Source: Flectonema sp. DT1601
Taxonomy: Eukaryota
DNA length: 64,000 nucleotides
Direction: 5' to 3'
Assembly: GCA_964019425.1 (NCBI GenBank)
Contig: OZ025795.1
Span: 1 to 64,000 of the forward strand
Below are positions 1-8,615 of the stretch, one piece after another. The position numbers and the translations under genes were made by a program. Position 1 is the first letter of the stretch. Every line of letters starts with the position of its first letter. Under the pieces are notes generated by a model. The model searched no databases. It was not told the origin of the DNA and saw only the letters and a program-made list of their open reading frames with translations.

Positions 1-3000
1 GGTTTGCGGGTTTGCGGGTTTGCGGGTTTGCGGGTTTGCGGGTTTGCGGGTTTGCGGGTTTGCGGGTTTGCGGGTTTGCGGGTTTGCGGGTTTGCGGGTT
101 TGCGGGTTTGCGGGTTTGCGGGTTTGCGGGTTTGCGGGTTTGCGGGTTTGCGGGTTTGCGGGTTTGCGGGTTTGCGGGTTTGCGGGTTTGCGGGTTTGCG
201 GGTTTGCGGGTTTGCGGGTTTGCGGGTTTGCGGGTTTGCGGGTTTGCGGGTTTGCGGGTTTGCGGGTTTGCGGGTTTGCGGGTTTGCGGGTTTGCGGGTT
301 TGCGGGTTTGCGGGTTTGCGGGTTTGCGGGTTTGCGGGTTTGCGGGTTTGCGGGTTTGCGGGTTTGCGGGTTTGCGGGTTTGCGGGTTTGCGGGTTTGCG
401 GGTTTGCGGGTTTGCGGGTTTGCGGGTTTGCGGGTTTGCGGGTTTGCGGGTTTGCGGGTTTGCGGGTTTGCGGGTTTGCGGGTTTGCGGGTTTGCGGGTT
501 TGCGGGTTTGCGGGTTTGCGGGTTTGCGGGTTTGCGGGTTTGCGGGTTTGCGGGTTTGCGGGTTTGCGGGTTTGCGGGTTTGCGGGTTTGCGGGTTTGCG
601 GGTTTGCGGGTTTGCGGGTTTGCGGGTTTGCGGGTTTGCGGGTTTGCGGGTTTGCGGGTTTGCGGGTTTGCGGGTTTGCGGGTTTGCGGGTTTGCGGGTT
701 TGCGGGTTTGCGGGTTTGCGGGTTTGCGGGTTTGCGGGTTTGCGGGTTTGCGGGTTTGCGGGTTTGCGGGTTTGCGGGTTTGCGGGTTTGCGGGTTTGCG
801 GGTTTGCGGGTTTGCGGGTTTGCGGGTTTGCGGGTTTGCGGGTTTGCGGGTTTGCGGGTTTGCGGGTTTGCGGGTTTGCGGGTTTGCGGGTTTGCGGGTT
901 TGCGGGTTTGCGGGTTTGCGGGTTTGCGGGTTTGCGGGTTTGCGGGTTTGCGGGTTTGCGGGTTTGCGGGTTTGCGGGTTTGCGGGTTTGCGGGTTTGCG
1001 GGTTTGCGGGTTTGCGGGTTTGCGGGTTTGCGGGTTTGCGGGTTTGCGGGTTTGCGGGTTTGCGGGTTTGCGGGTTTGCGGGTTTGCGGGTTTGCGGGTT
1101 TGCGGGTTTGCGGGTTTGCGGGTTTGCGGGTTTGCGGGTTTGCGGGTTTGCGGGTTTGCGGGTTTGCGGGTTTGCGGGTTTGCGGGTTTGCGGGTTTGCG
1201 GGTTTGCGGGTTTGCGGGTTTGCGGGTTTGCGGGTTTGCGGGTTTGCGGGTTTGCGGGTTTGCGGGTTTGCGGGTTTGCGGGTTTGCGGGTTTGCGGGTT
1301 TGCGGGTTTGCGGGTTTGCGGGTTTGCGGGTTTGCGGGTTTGCGGGTTTGCGGGTTTGCGGGTTTGCGGGTTTGCGGGTTTGCGGGTTTGCGGGTTTGCG
1401 GGTTTGCGGGTTTGCGGGTTTGCGGGTTTGCGGGTTTGCGGGTTTGCGGGTTTGCGGGTTTGCGGGTTTGCGGGTTTGCGGGTTTGCGGGTTTGCGGGTT
1501 TGCGGGTTTGCGGGTTTGCGGGTTTGCGGGTTTGCGGGTTTGCGGGTTTGCGGGTTTGCGGGTTTGCGGGTTTGCGGGTTTGCGGGTTTGCGGGTTTGCG
1601 GGTTTGCGGGTTTGCGGGTTTGCGGGTTTGCGGGTTTGCGGGTTTGCGGGTTTGCGGGTTTGCGGGTTTGCGGGTTTGCGGGTTTGCGGGTTTGCGGGTT
1701 TGCGGGTTTGCGGGTTTGCGGGTTTGCGGGTTTGCGGGTTTGCGGGTTTGCGGGTTTGCGGGTTTGCGGGTTTGCGGGTTTGCGGGTTTGCGGGTTTGCG
1801 GGTTTGCGGGTTTGCGGGTTTGCGGGTTTGCGGGTTTGCGGGTTTGCGGGTTTGCGGGTTTGCGGGTTTGCGGGTTTGCGGGTTTGCGGGTTTGCGGGTT
1901 TGCGGGTTTGCGGGTTTGCGGGTTTGCGGGTTTGCGGGTTTGCGGGTTTGCGGGTTTGCGGGTTTGCGGGTTTGCGGGTTTGCGGGTTTGCGGGTTTGCG
2001 GGTTTGCGGGTTTGCGGGTTTGCGGGTTTGCGGGTTTGCGGGTTTGCGGGTTTGCGGGTTTGCGGGTTTGCGGGTTTGCGGGTTTGCGGGTTTGCGGGTT
2101 TGCGGGTTTGCGGGTTTGCGGGTTTGCGGGTTTGCGGGTTTGCGGGTTTGCGGGTTTGCGGGTTTGCGGGTTTGCGGGTTTGCGGGTTTGCGGGTTTGCG
2201 GGTTTGCGGGTTTGCGGGTTTGCGGGTTTGCGGGTTTGCGGGTTTGCGGGTTTGCGGGTTTGCGGGTTTGCGGGTTTGCGGGTTTGCGGGTTTGCGGGTT
2301 TGCGGGTTTGCGGGTTTGCGGGTTTGCGGGTTTGCGGGTTTGCGGGTTTGCGGGTTTGCGGGTTTGCGGGTTTGCGGGTTTGCGGGTTTGCGGGTTTGCG
2401 GGTTTGCGGGTTTGCGGGTTTGCGGGTTTGCGGGTTTGCGGGTTTGCGGGTTTGCGGGTTTGCGGGTTTGCGGGTTTGCGGGTTTGCGGGTTTGCGGGTT
2501 TGCGGGTTTGCGGGTTTGCGGGTTTGCGGGTTTGCGGGTTTGCGGGTTTGCGGGTTTGCGGGTTTGCGGGTTTGCGGGTTTGCGGGTTTGCGGGTTTGCG
2601 GGTTTGCGGGTTTGCGGGTTTGCGGGTTTGCGGGTTTGCGGGTTTGCGGGTTTGCGGGTTTGCGGGTTTGCGGGTTTGCGGGTTTGCGGGTTTGCGGGTT
2701 TGCGGGTTTGCGGGTTTGCGGGTTTGCGGGTTTGCGGGTTTGCGGGTTTGCGGGTTTGCGGGTTTGCGGGTTTGCGGGTTTGCGGGTTTGCGGGTTTGCG
2801 GGTTTGCGGGTTTGCGGGTTTGCGGGTTTGCGGGTTTGCGGGTTTGCGGGTTTGCGGGTTTGCGGGTTTGCGGGTTTGCGGGTTTGCGGGTTTGCGGGTT
2901 TGCGGGTTTGCGGGTTTGCGGGTTTGCGGGTTTGCGGGTTTGCGGGTTTGCGGGTTTGCGGGTTTGCGGGTTTGCGGGTTTGCGGGTTTGCGGGTTTGCG

Positions 3001-3762
3001 GGTTTGCGGGTTTGCGGGTTTGCGGGTTTGCGGGTTTGCGGGTTTGCGGGTTTGCGGGTTTGCGGGTTTGCGGGTTTGCGGGTTTGCGGGTTTGCGGGTT
3101 TGCGGGTTTGCGGGTTTGCGGGTTTGCGGGTTTGCGGGTTTGCGGGTTTGCGGGTTTGCGGGTTTGCGGGTTTGCGGGTTTGCGGGTTTGCGGGTTTGCG
3201 GGTTTGCGGGTTTGCGGGTTTGCGGGTTTGCGGGTTTGCGGGTTTGCGGGTTTGCGGGTTTGCGGGTTTGCGGGTTTGCGGGTTTGCGGGTTTGCGGGTT
3301 TGCGGGTTTGCGGGTTTGCGGGTTTGCGGGTTTGCGGGTTTGCGGGTTTGCGGGTTTGCGGGTTTGCGGGTTTGCGGGTTTGCGGGTTTGCGGGTTTGCG
3401 GGTTTGCGGGTTTGCGGGTTTGCGGGTTTGCGGGTTTGCGGGTTTGCGGGTTTGCGGGTTTGCGGGTTTGCGGGTTTGCGGGTTTGCGGGTTTGCGGGTT
3501 TGCGGGTTTGCGGGTTTGCGGGTTTGCGGGTTTGCGGGTTTGCGGGTTTGCGGGTTTGCGGGTTTGCGGGTTTGCGGGTTTGCGGGTTTGCGGGTTTGCG
3601 GGTTTGCGGGTTTGCGGGTTTGCGGGTTTGCGGGTTTGCGGGTTTGCGGGTTTGCGGGTTTGCGGGTTTGCGGGTTTGCGGGTTTGCGGGTTTGCGGGTT
3701 TGCGGGTTTGCGGGTTTGCGGGTTTGCGGGTTTGCGGGTTTGCGGGTTTGCGGGTTTGCGGG
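1..3762 (+). repeat. Perfect tandem array of the 8-mer GGGTTTGC (~470 units visible; runs off the window start)
   Basis: Direct reading; no variant units seen. The long RVCGFAGL ORFs are artefacts of the stop-free 8-mer. Confidence 0.99.
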
Positions 3763-4021
3763 GAACCATAACTCCTGTACAGCCTGAATGAAAGGAAGGA
3801 AAGATAAGAGTAGAAGAAATGTAATAGTAAAACATGAAACTATGGATAAAACTAAGTAGCTCGTCTATCACTAGGAAGGATAGAGAAATTAAACTATAAG
3901 AGTTCACAAATTCTTTTCACGAAGTGAGGTAAGTAGACCGCAGGTGGTGGTCGCTATCGGCTGAGCGTGGCAGAAAGCCATGTGAGTGAGCAGTCCGAGT
4001 AGCGGCACCGGTTGGCCTGCC
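3761..4021 (-). repeat. Split direct repeat B2 (261 bp) of element 1
   Basis: Identical by eye to 4228-4488 (offset 467). Confidence 0.95.
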
Positions 4022-4040
4022 GAGGGGGTCGGTGGGTGGG

Positions 4041-4229
4041 TTTTCTTTTTGTTTAAGTGTTTAATGGGTCGAACCCGTCGGCTGAAAGAAAAGGAAAGGT
4101 AAACATGAGTTAAACAGCTCTAAATAAAATGAAATATATTCTGATAGGATGTATCGATGCGCCAAACGATGGCGAGAAAATGATGCTGACGGCTGTACTT
4201 CGAAGTTCCGGTTCCCCGCTGTAGTTAGG
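4041..4229 (-). repeat. Split direct repeat A2 (189 bp) of element 1
   Basis: Identical by eye to 8427-8615 (offset 4386). Confidence 0.95.
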
Positions 4230-4488
4230 GAACCATAACTCCTGTACAGCCTGAATGAAAGGAAGGAAAGATAAGAGTAGAAGAAATGTAATAGTAAAAC
4301 ATGAAACTATGGATAAAACTAAGTAGCTCGTCTATCACTAGGAAGGATAGAGAAATTAAACTATAAGAGTTCACAAATTCTTTTCACGAAGTGAGGTAAG
4401 TAGACCGCAGGTGGTGGTCGCTATCGGCTGAGCGTGGCAGAAAGCCATGTGAGTGAGCAGTCCGAGTAGCGGCACCGGTTGGCCTGCC
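4228..4488 (-). repeat. Split direct repeat B1 (261 bp) of element 1
   Basis: Copy of 3761-4021; begins immediately after the RT-RH stop codon (4489-4491). Confidence 0.95.
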
Positions 4489-7197
4489 TCACTCCACCCC
4501 GTCGCTTGTAATAAACCTCCGCAGCGCAAGTTCGACAGTATGCAGTGTTGATGCCGATGAGATTTTGTGTTCTGGGAGGCGTGATGGGATGTCAGCTGGA
4601 TTGTTAGCTGACGCGACCCATCCGATGTTAACATCGAGTTGGAGGTCCTTGAATATTATAGAAGAAAGAACGACATTCTTATTTAAGTCTGCTGACCTAG
4701 CACAGAGTTTCTTTCGAAGTGCACCAACAACAGAAGTGTTATCGATCCAGAGTGATAGGGTGCCGCCCTTATATCTTACGGGAAGCTGAGAAAGCGTCTT
4801 AGATAATGCAAGAGATTCGAGAACGTTGATGTGGAGGCGTGCTTCTGATGGCGCCCAGGAGCCGCCGAGGATAATAATTTCAGCTGTTGAGTCATCAATA
4901 ATGACGCCGCCCCATCCCGTCATAGAAGCGTCGATGAACGTTGTGACTGAATTTCTGCTATCATGCTTGAAAATCGTCTGTTGCTTGAGAGCCGCAGTGC
5001 ACCATGCAGAGAGTTGTGCGGTAACTGATGGCGGGATGTTAACATTCGCTTCTGGACGGCGGGTCCCCCTATTGAGACCGTTGACAAGTCTTCGAAGGAA
5101 CTTCACTGCATACCAGAACTGACCCATCGGAACGCCTGCAATTGCACTTGCGTGAACAAGTCTTCCTCCGAGTGACTCGAGCTGTGAAGCTGTGCAGTTG
5201 GAAAGATTCACACCACTTATCTTGCGTCGAATTTTCTCAGAAGCCCTTACAGTACGAAGCTCATGATTAAAGTCCGCCCCGAGGAACGTGTAGGTTGTCG
5301 CAGCAGTATGTGAGTCGGAAGCCTTCCATGTAATAGACATACCCGAAGCAGTCTCATCAAGCACTGTCGTCGCATCGAGAATATGCTTCCGCTCCCCTGT
5401 GTACCTTATATTGTCAATAAAGATGTCAATACCAACGGAGTGCACGGCAATGTCACTTCTAACGTAGTCGGGATGTCCTGCAGCGGATGCGGCGAGCGTA
5501 TGCATTAGTTCAGGGGCGCCAATATGTCCCATCGGTAGTCGTTGCATCTCGAACCATCTTCCAGAGCTATCTTGGAACCTGAAGAGATGTCTTGCATATG
5601 TTGGAATTTCAATCGCAAAGAATCCTGTTCTGAAGTCACGAGTTGTGGCGCACTCCTGCTTGACAGCACCAAGATAAGCTGAGATGTGCTTCAGTGGAAC
5701 GGCGGCTTGGTACCCAGTACCCTCGCCCCAGTTGTTCAGTCCCTTCGTCCAGAGTATGAATCGCTGGCGTAAGCCCTCAGCCTTCTCCTCAACAACAGTG
5801 AACGGCACATTTTGCATTACCCCCCCTGCTTCAGCATGGCGTGCGATAGAACGGCTAACCAGTTCGTCAGCATGGCTAGGCTGGAGAGTTGAGTGTTTCG
5901 AGTGTGTGCTGCTTCGCGAAGGTGGTGTTTGCCTTGGGAATACCATATCCCAGACACTATCAAACCGCACCCTTGCCGAGTCGTTCAGCCTCCCTCGAAG
6001 CCCGTCAACATTCATTAGTTTTATAGAAGAAACATGAAGCGGTGATGCCTTCTCTTCCGCTGTGACAGGTAGCCTCGTCCGCTGGCCCCTTCTCGAGATG
6101 CTATGCGGTGCATGTTTTACAAGAGCTGGGTGGCTTTCCAAGTCTGTAGAGCAACCGCCATGTCGGCTGGCGCACCCCCGTACCTCAGCGATGTTGATGA
6201 TATCCCTGTCTCCTTCTCCGCATGCTTCAGGGTCCGAGAGATAATGTGCTCCGGTAAGTCCGCTCCCTTTGCAAGGTTTTCGTAAAGCACTGTTGCTGCG
6301 CCGCGCTTTATCGAGTGTGCTGTAAACCCCTTCATGTTCGGATCCCTTCCCCACATCCGATCCAACATTTCTGTTGTTCTGTTTGTGAGTGCCCCGAATG
6401 GAATCTTGTCCTTTAAAAGCAGCCAGATCTCTCCCGTCATGCTCCCCCGTATCACAGTCCAACGTGACGGGACGAATGGATTTGCTGATCGAAGCTTCGG
6501 CGTGCTGAGCCAGTCGATGATCACTTCCTCCCTCTCCACTCGAATGAATTGCTCCGACGTGAGCGCCTGAACCTCGCCCCATCTTGAGGCTGTCTTCCAG
6601 CAGATCATTGTTGCCAGCCATAGTTCGTCCGATGATGACTCCGCCCAGGCCATGAGAGCCTCCCTTGTAATCGGCCGTGCTTGTTTTGTCGGAATAGCTG
6701 CGCCGTCTGCTCGTAGCGCGGTGGCAAGAGTTAGTAGCTGTCGATTGTCCATTCCCAGACACTTCATGATTGCTGATAGGGACTTTGCGTACTGAAGTAG
6801 CCCTTGTGGTTTCACCCTTGTGGCAAGGACGAATAAGACAGCGGTTTCCGCGTTTACTGGCAAGCTGTTCACTTCCGCCCACGATAAGAGTCTTGCCCAG
6901 AGGTTTCGTCTCTTCGCCGATGTACTCGCCGCCCACATCTTCCCGACTACGTCGGCCAGCTTCTTCGAAGCGTCTTCCGCGCTGACGCCGTCCTCTGTAT
7001 GTGCAGAGCGAGTTCGGTCTTTCTTCCCGAGATGGTTTAAAATTTCTCTCGTCAGAATAGGCAGCTCCGGTTGGGTCTCTTGGGTAGTAGGAAAAGTCAG
7101 TTGCAACCCGGACAATGGACTTTTCTGGTAATTCCGGCGCCATTTTAACTTTCGCGTGGCTGGTGCGCCCGTCCCCAACCACTTGCGTTCTTTTCAT
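4489..7197 (-). CDS. Reverse transcriptase-RNase H (DIRS/VIPER/TATE type); N-terminal part overlaps the YR ORF in another frame
   Basis: RT motifs DFRTGFFAI, RLPMGH, IFIDNIRY (YxDD position = FIDN), YTFLG; RNase H motifs FIDASMTGWGG, HINVLE, WIDNT, NPADIPSR. Confidence 0.93.
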   Translation of the reverse strand: MKRTQVVGDGRTSHAKVKMAPELPEKSIVRVATDFSYYPRDPTGAAYSDERNFKPSREERPNSLCTYRGRRQRGRRFEEAGRRSREDVGGEYIGEETKPLGKTLIVGGSEQLASKRGNRCLIRPCHKGETTRATSVRKVPISNHEVSGNGQSTATNSCHRATSRRRSYSDKTSTADYKGGSHGLGGVIIGRTMAGNNDLLEDSLKMGRGSGAHVGAIHSSGEGGSDHRLAQHAEASISKSIRPVTLDCDTGEHDGRDLAAFKGQDSIRGTHKQNNRNVGSDVGKGSEHEGVYSTLDKARRSNSALRKPCKGSGLTGAHYLSDPEACGEGDRDIINIAEVRGCASRHGGCSTDLESHPALVKHAPHSISRRGQRTRLPVTAEEKASPLHVSSIKLMNVDGLRGRLNDSARVRFDSVWDMVFPRQTPPSRSSTHSKHSTLQPSHADELVSRSIARHAEAGGVMQNVPFTVVEEKAEGLRQRFILWTKGLNNWGEGTGYQAAVPLKHISAYLGAVKQECATTRDFRTGFFAIEIPTYARHLFRFQDSSGRWFEMQRLPMGHIGAPELMHTLAASAAGHPDYVRSDIAVHSVGIDIFIDNIRYTGERKHILDATTVLDETASGMSITWKASDSHTAATTYTFLGADFNHELRTVRASEKIRRKISGVNLSNCTASQLESLGGRLVHASAIAGVPMGQFWYAVKFLRRLVNGLNRGTRRPEANVNIPPSVTAQLSAWCTAALKQQTIFKHDSRNSVTTFIDASMTGWGGVIIDDSTAEIIILGGSWAPSEARLHINVLESLALSKTLSQLPVRYKGGTLSLWIDNTSVVGALRKKLCARSADLNKNVVLSSIIFKDLQLDVNIGWVASANNPADIPSRLPEHKISSASTLHTVELALRRFITSDGVE
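6117..7178 (-). CDS. Tyrosine recombinase of element 1 (first ATG at 6938, MWAAS)
   Basis: Catalytic set: CWKTASRWGE (R), TPK (K), FTAHSIKRG (HxxR), LKH, SLRY (Y). Confidence 0.92.
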   Translation of the reverse strand: MGTGAPATRKLKWRRNYQKSPLSGLQLTFPTTQETQPELPILTREILNHLGKKDRTRSAHTEDGVSAEDASKKLADVVGKMWAASTSAKRRNLWARLLSWAEVNSLPVNAETAVLFVLATRVKPQGLLQYAKSLSAIMKCLGMDNRQLLTLATALRADGAAIPTKQARPITREALMAWAESSSDELWLATMICWKTASRWGEVQALTSEQFIRVEREEVIIDWLSTPKLRSANPFVPSRWTVIRGSMTGEIWLLLKDKIPFGALTNRTTEMLDRMWGRDPNMKGFTAHSIKRGAATVLYENLAKGADLPEHIISRTLKHAEKETGISSTSLRYGGAPADMAVALQTWKATQLL

Positions 7198-8426
7198 TGA
7201 TGGGACCTGCCGCCCTTTGAAGCTTCGTTTTTTGAACCTCTAGAGACTTCTTTCCGCGCAGCGTAGTTTGACTTCACCTTAGCTGTGCTAGACGCCCGCC
7301 ATGCTTTCGCATAGCGTGGGGCAACATTCTGTTCCCTCCAGAGTTCACCTTTAAAAGCTTCAGCCGCCTTCCATCCATCCCTTGCCTTACACCTTAATAC
7401 CTGCAAGCTGTCGGCAAGGGCAAGCACAGCGTCTTCAGCGTCCCGTTCCGGATGCAAGATGACTTCGATCGCACCGATCACCGCCTCCATCCCATCTTGC
7501 AGATCTCCTTTCTTGCTAGGAACCCATGTTCGCAACTCTCGAATTAATTCCGTCAGTTGGAAGTTACTGGCATCTGCGTACTCCATCCACCTATCAGGGT
7601 CTTCCGCAACGGAACGGACAGTATGCGAGACTGGATTGTGAATTCTTGCTTCTTCAGCGGAAGTCGGTTCTTCATACTGAGCCCTTGGCCCCGGCTGTTC
7701 AGGTGCGGTCGTACGAGGCGCCGGTTGCGCGCTCATTGGGTGGACGTATCTGTACGACGCCCGCATCAAGTTTGCAATTTGTTTATCTTGCTTAGAGATC
7801 ATTTCCTGCTGCTCCTCAATAAGCTTTGACTGCCTGTTCAGTCTATTCAGTACATCTGTTGCGAAAGCATCCGTTCGTGACTCGAGCGAATCTTGTCTAT
7901 CATTAGTACTTTTAACAGCTGTTGTGGCGGCGGCCGTGGCATTTGCTGCTTCGCTACTTACTGCACGGATCGCTCCTTCATGCTTCGCAAATTCTTGAGC
8001 GGTACTACGATACAGTCCTGTGAGATTCTCGTCTTGCTGGCTTTGTCTATTTGCAACTGTCGTTACAATCGCTTCAACTTTCCTAAACGGATCTTGAGGC
8101 ATCCCAGAAAGGCTTGCTAGTGTCCCGTTCTGTACAGCTTCGGCGATGCTATCAACAATTAAATTATTCCGACCTCGCAGCGCGTCAATTAATATTGCAA
8201 TCTTTCTTGGTGAAATACCTTGAATTACTTCTCTATCACACCCAAGGCACCTTGCAAGCACCATTATCATCATCATTTTGCCTGCTTCACTTGTCCAATC
8301 AGCCCATGGGATCCGACCCAATACATCTGGCATATTTATGTGTCTTCTCGGTAGCAGTTCCTCACCGGTATTTCCCCATAGCGTAACTAATGAGTTAGGA
8401 AATTCGAAGTCATAAGTATCACCCAT
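7194..8426 (-). CDS. Gag-like ORF1 of element 1 (410 aa, coiled coil, basic C-terminus)
   Basis: First ORF after repeat A1; N-terminus TYDFEFPNSLVTLW resembles element 2 SYEFSMPTSLLSLW. The gag role is inferred from position. Confidence 0.8.
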   Translation of the reverse strand: MGDTYDFEFPNSLVTLWGNTGEELLPRRHINMPDVLGRIPWADWTSEAGKMMMIMVLARCLGCDREVIQGISPRKIAILIDALRGRNNLIVDSIAEAVQNGTLASLSGMPQDPFRKVEAIVTTVANRQSQQDENLTGLYRSTAQEFAKHEGAIRAVSSEAANATAAATTAVKSTNDRQDSLESRTDAFATDVLNRLNRQSKLIEEQQEMISKQDKQIANLMRASYRYVHPMSAQPAPRTTAPEQPGPRAQYEEPTSAEEARIHNPVSHTVRSVAEDPDRWMEYADASNFQLTELIRELRTWVPSKKGDLQDGMEAVIGAIEVILHPERDAEDAVLALADSLQVLRCKARDGWKAAEAFKGELWREQNVAPRYAKAWRASSTAKVKSNYAARKEVSRGSKNEASKGGRSHQ

Positions 8427-8615
8427 TTTTCTTTTTGTTTAAGTGTTTAATGGGTCGAACCCGTCGGCTGAAAGAAAAGGAAAGGTAAACATGAGTTAAA
8501 CAGCTCTAAATAAAATGAAATATATTCTGATAGGATGTATCGATGCGCCAAACGATGGCGAGAAAATGATGCTGACGGCTGTACTTCGAAGTTCCGGTTC
8601 CCCGCTGTAGTTAGG
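8427..8615 (-). repeat. Split direct repeat A1 (5' terminus of element 1)
   Basis: Copy of 4041-4229; abuts the gag ATG (8426) and the satellite. Confidence 0.95.

Larger units (their letters stand above)
3761..8615 (-). mobile_element. Intact-looking tyrosine-recombinase retrotransposon (DIRS order; VIPER/TATE-like gag-YR-RT/RH order) with split direct repeats, inserted in the GGGTTTGC array (element 1)
   Basis: Three uninterrupted ORFs (gag-like, YR, RT-RNase H); A1-ORFs-B1-A2-B2 repeat architecture; satellite on both sides. Confidence 0.95.

Noticed and set aside
1..3762. Canonical left-end telomere
   Set aside because: A left telomere should show the C-rich strand on +; here the G-rich strand points inward.
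4..3791. 1,250-aa RVCGFAGL ORFs, and similar PANPQTRK ORFs at 8447-11209 and 11481-12471
   Set aside because: An 8-mer with no stop codon is open in all frames; no evidence of coding.
7194..7196. Reassigned TGA (alternative genetic code)
   Set aside because: Host genes and the RT-RH ORF end at TGA at sensible positions, and long ORFs have no internal TGA.
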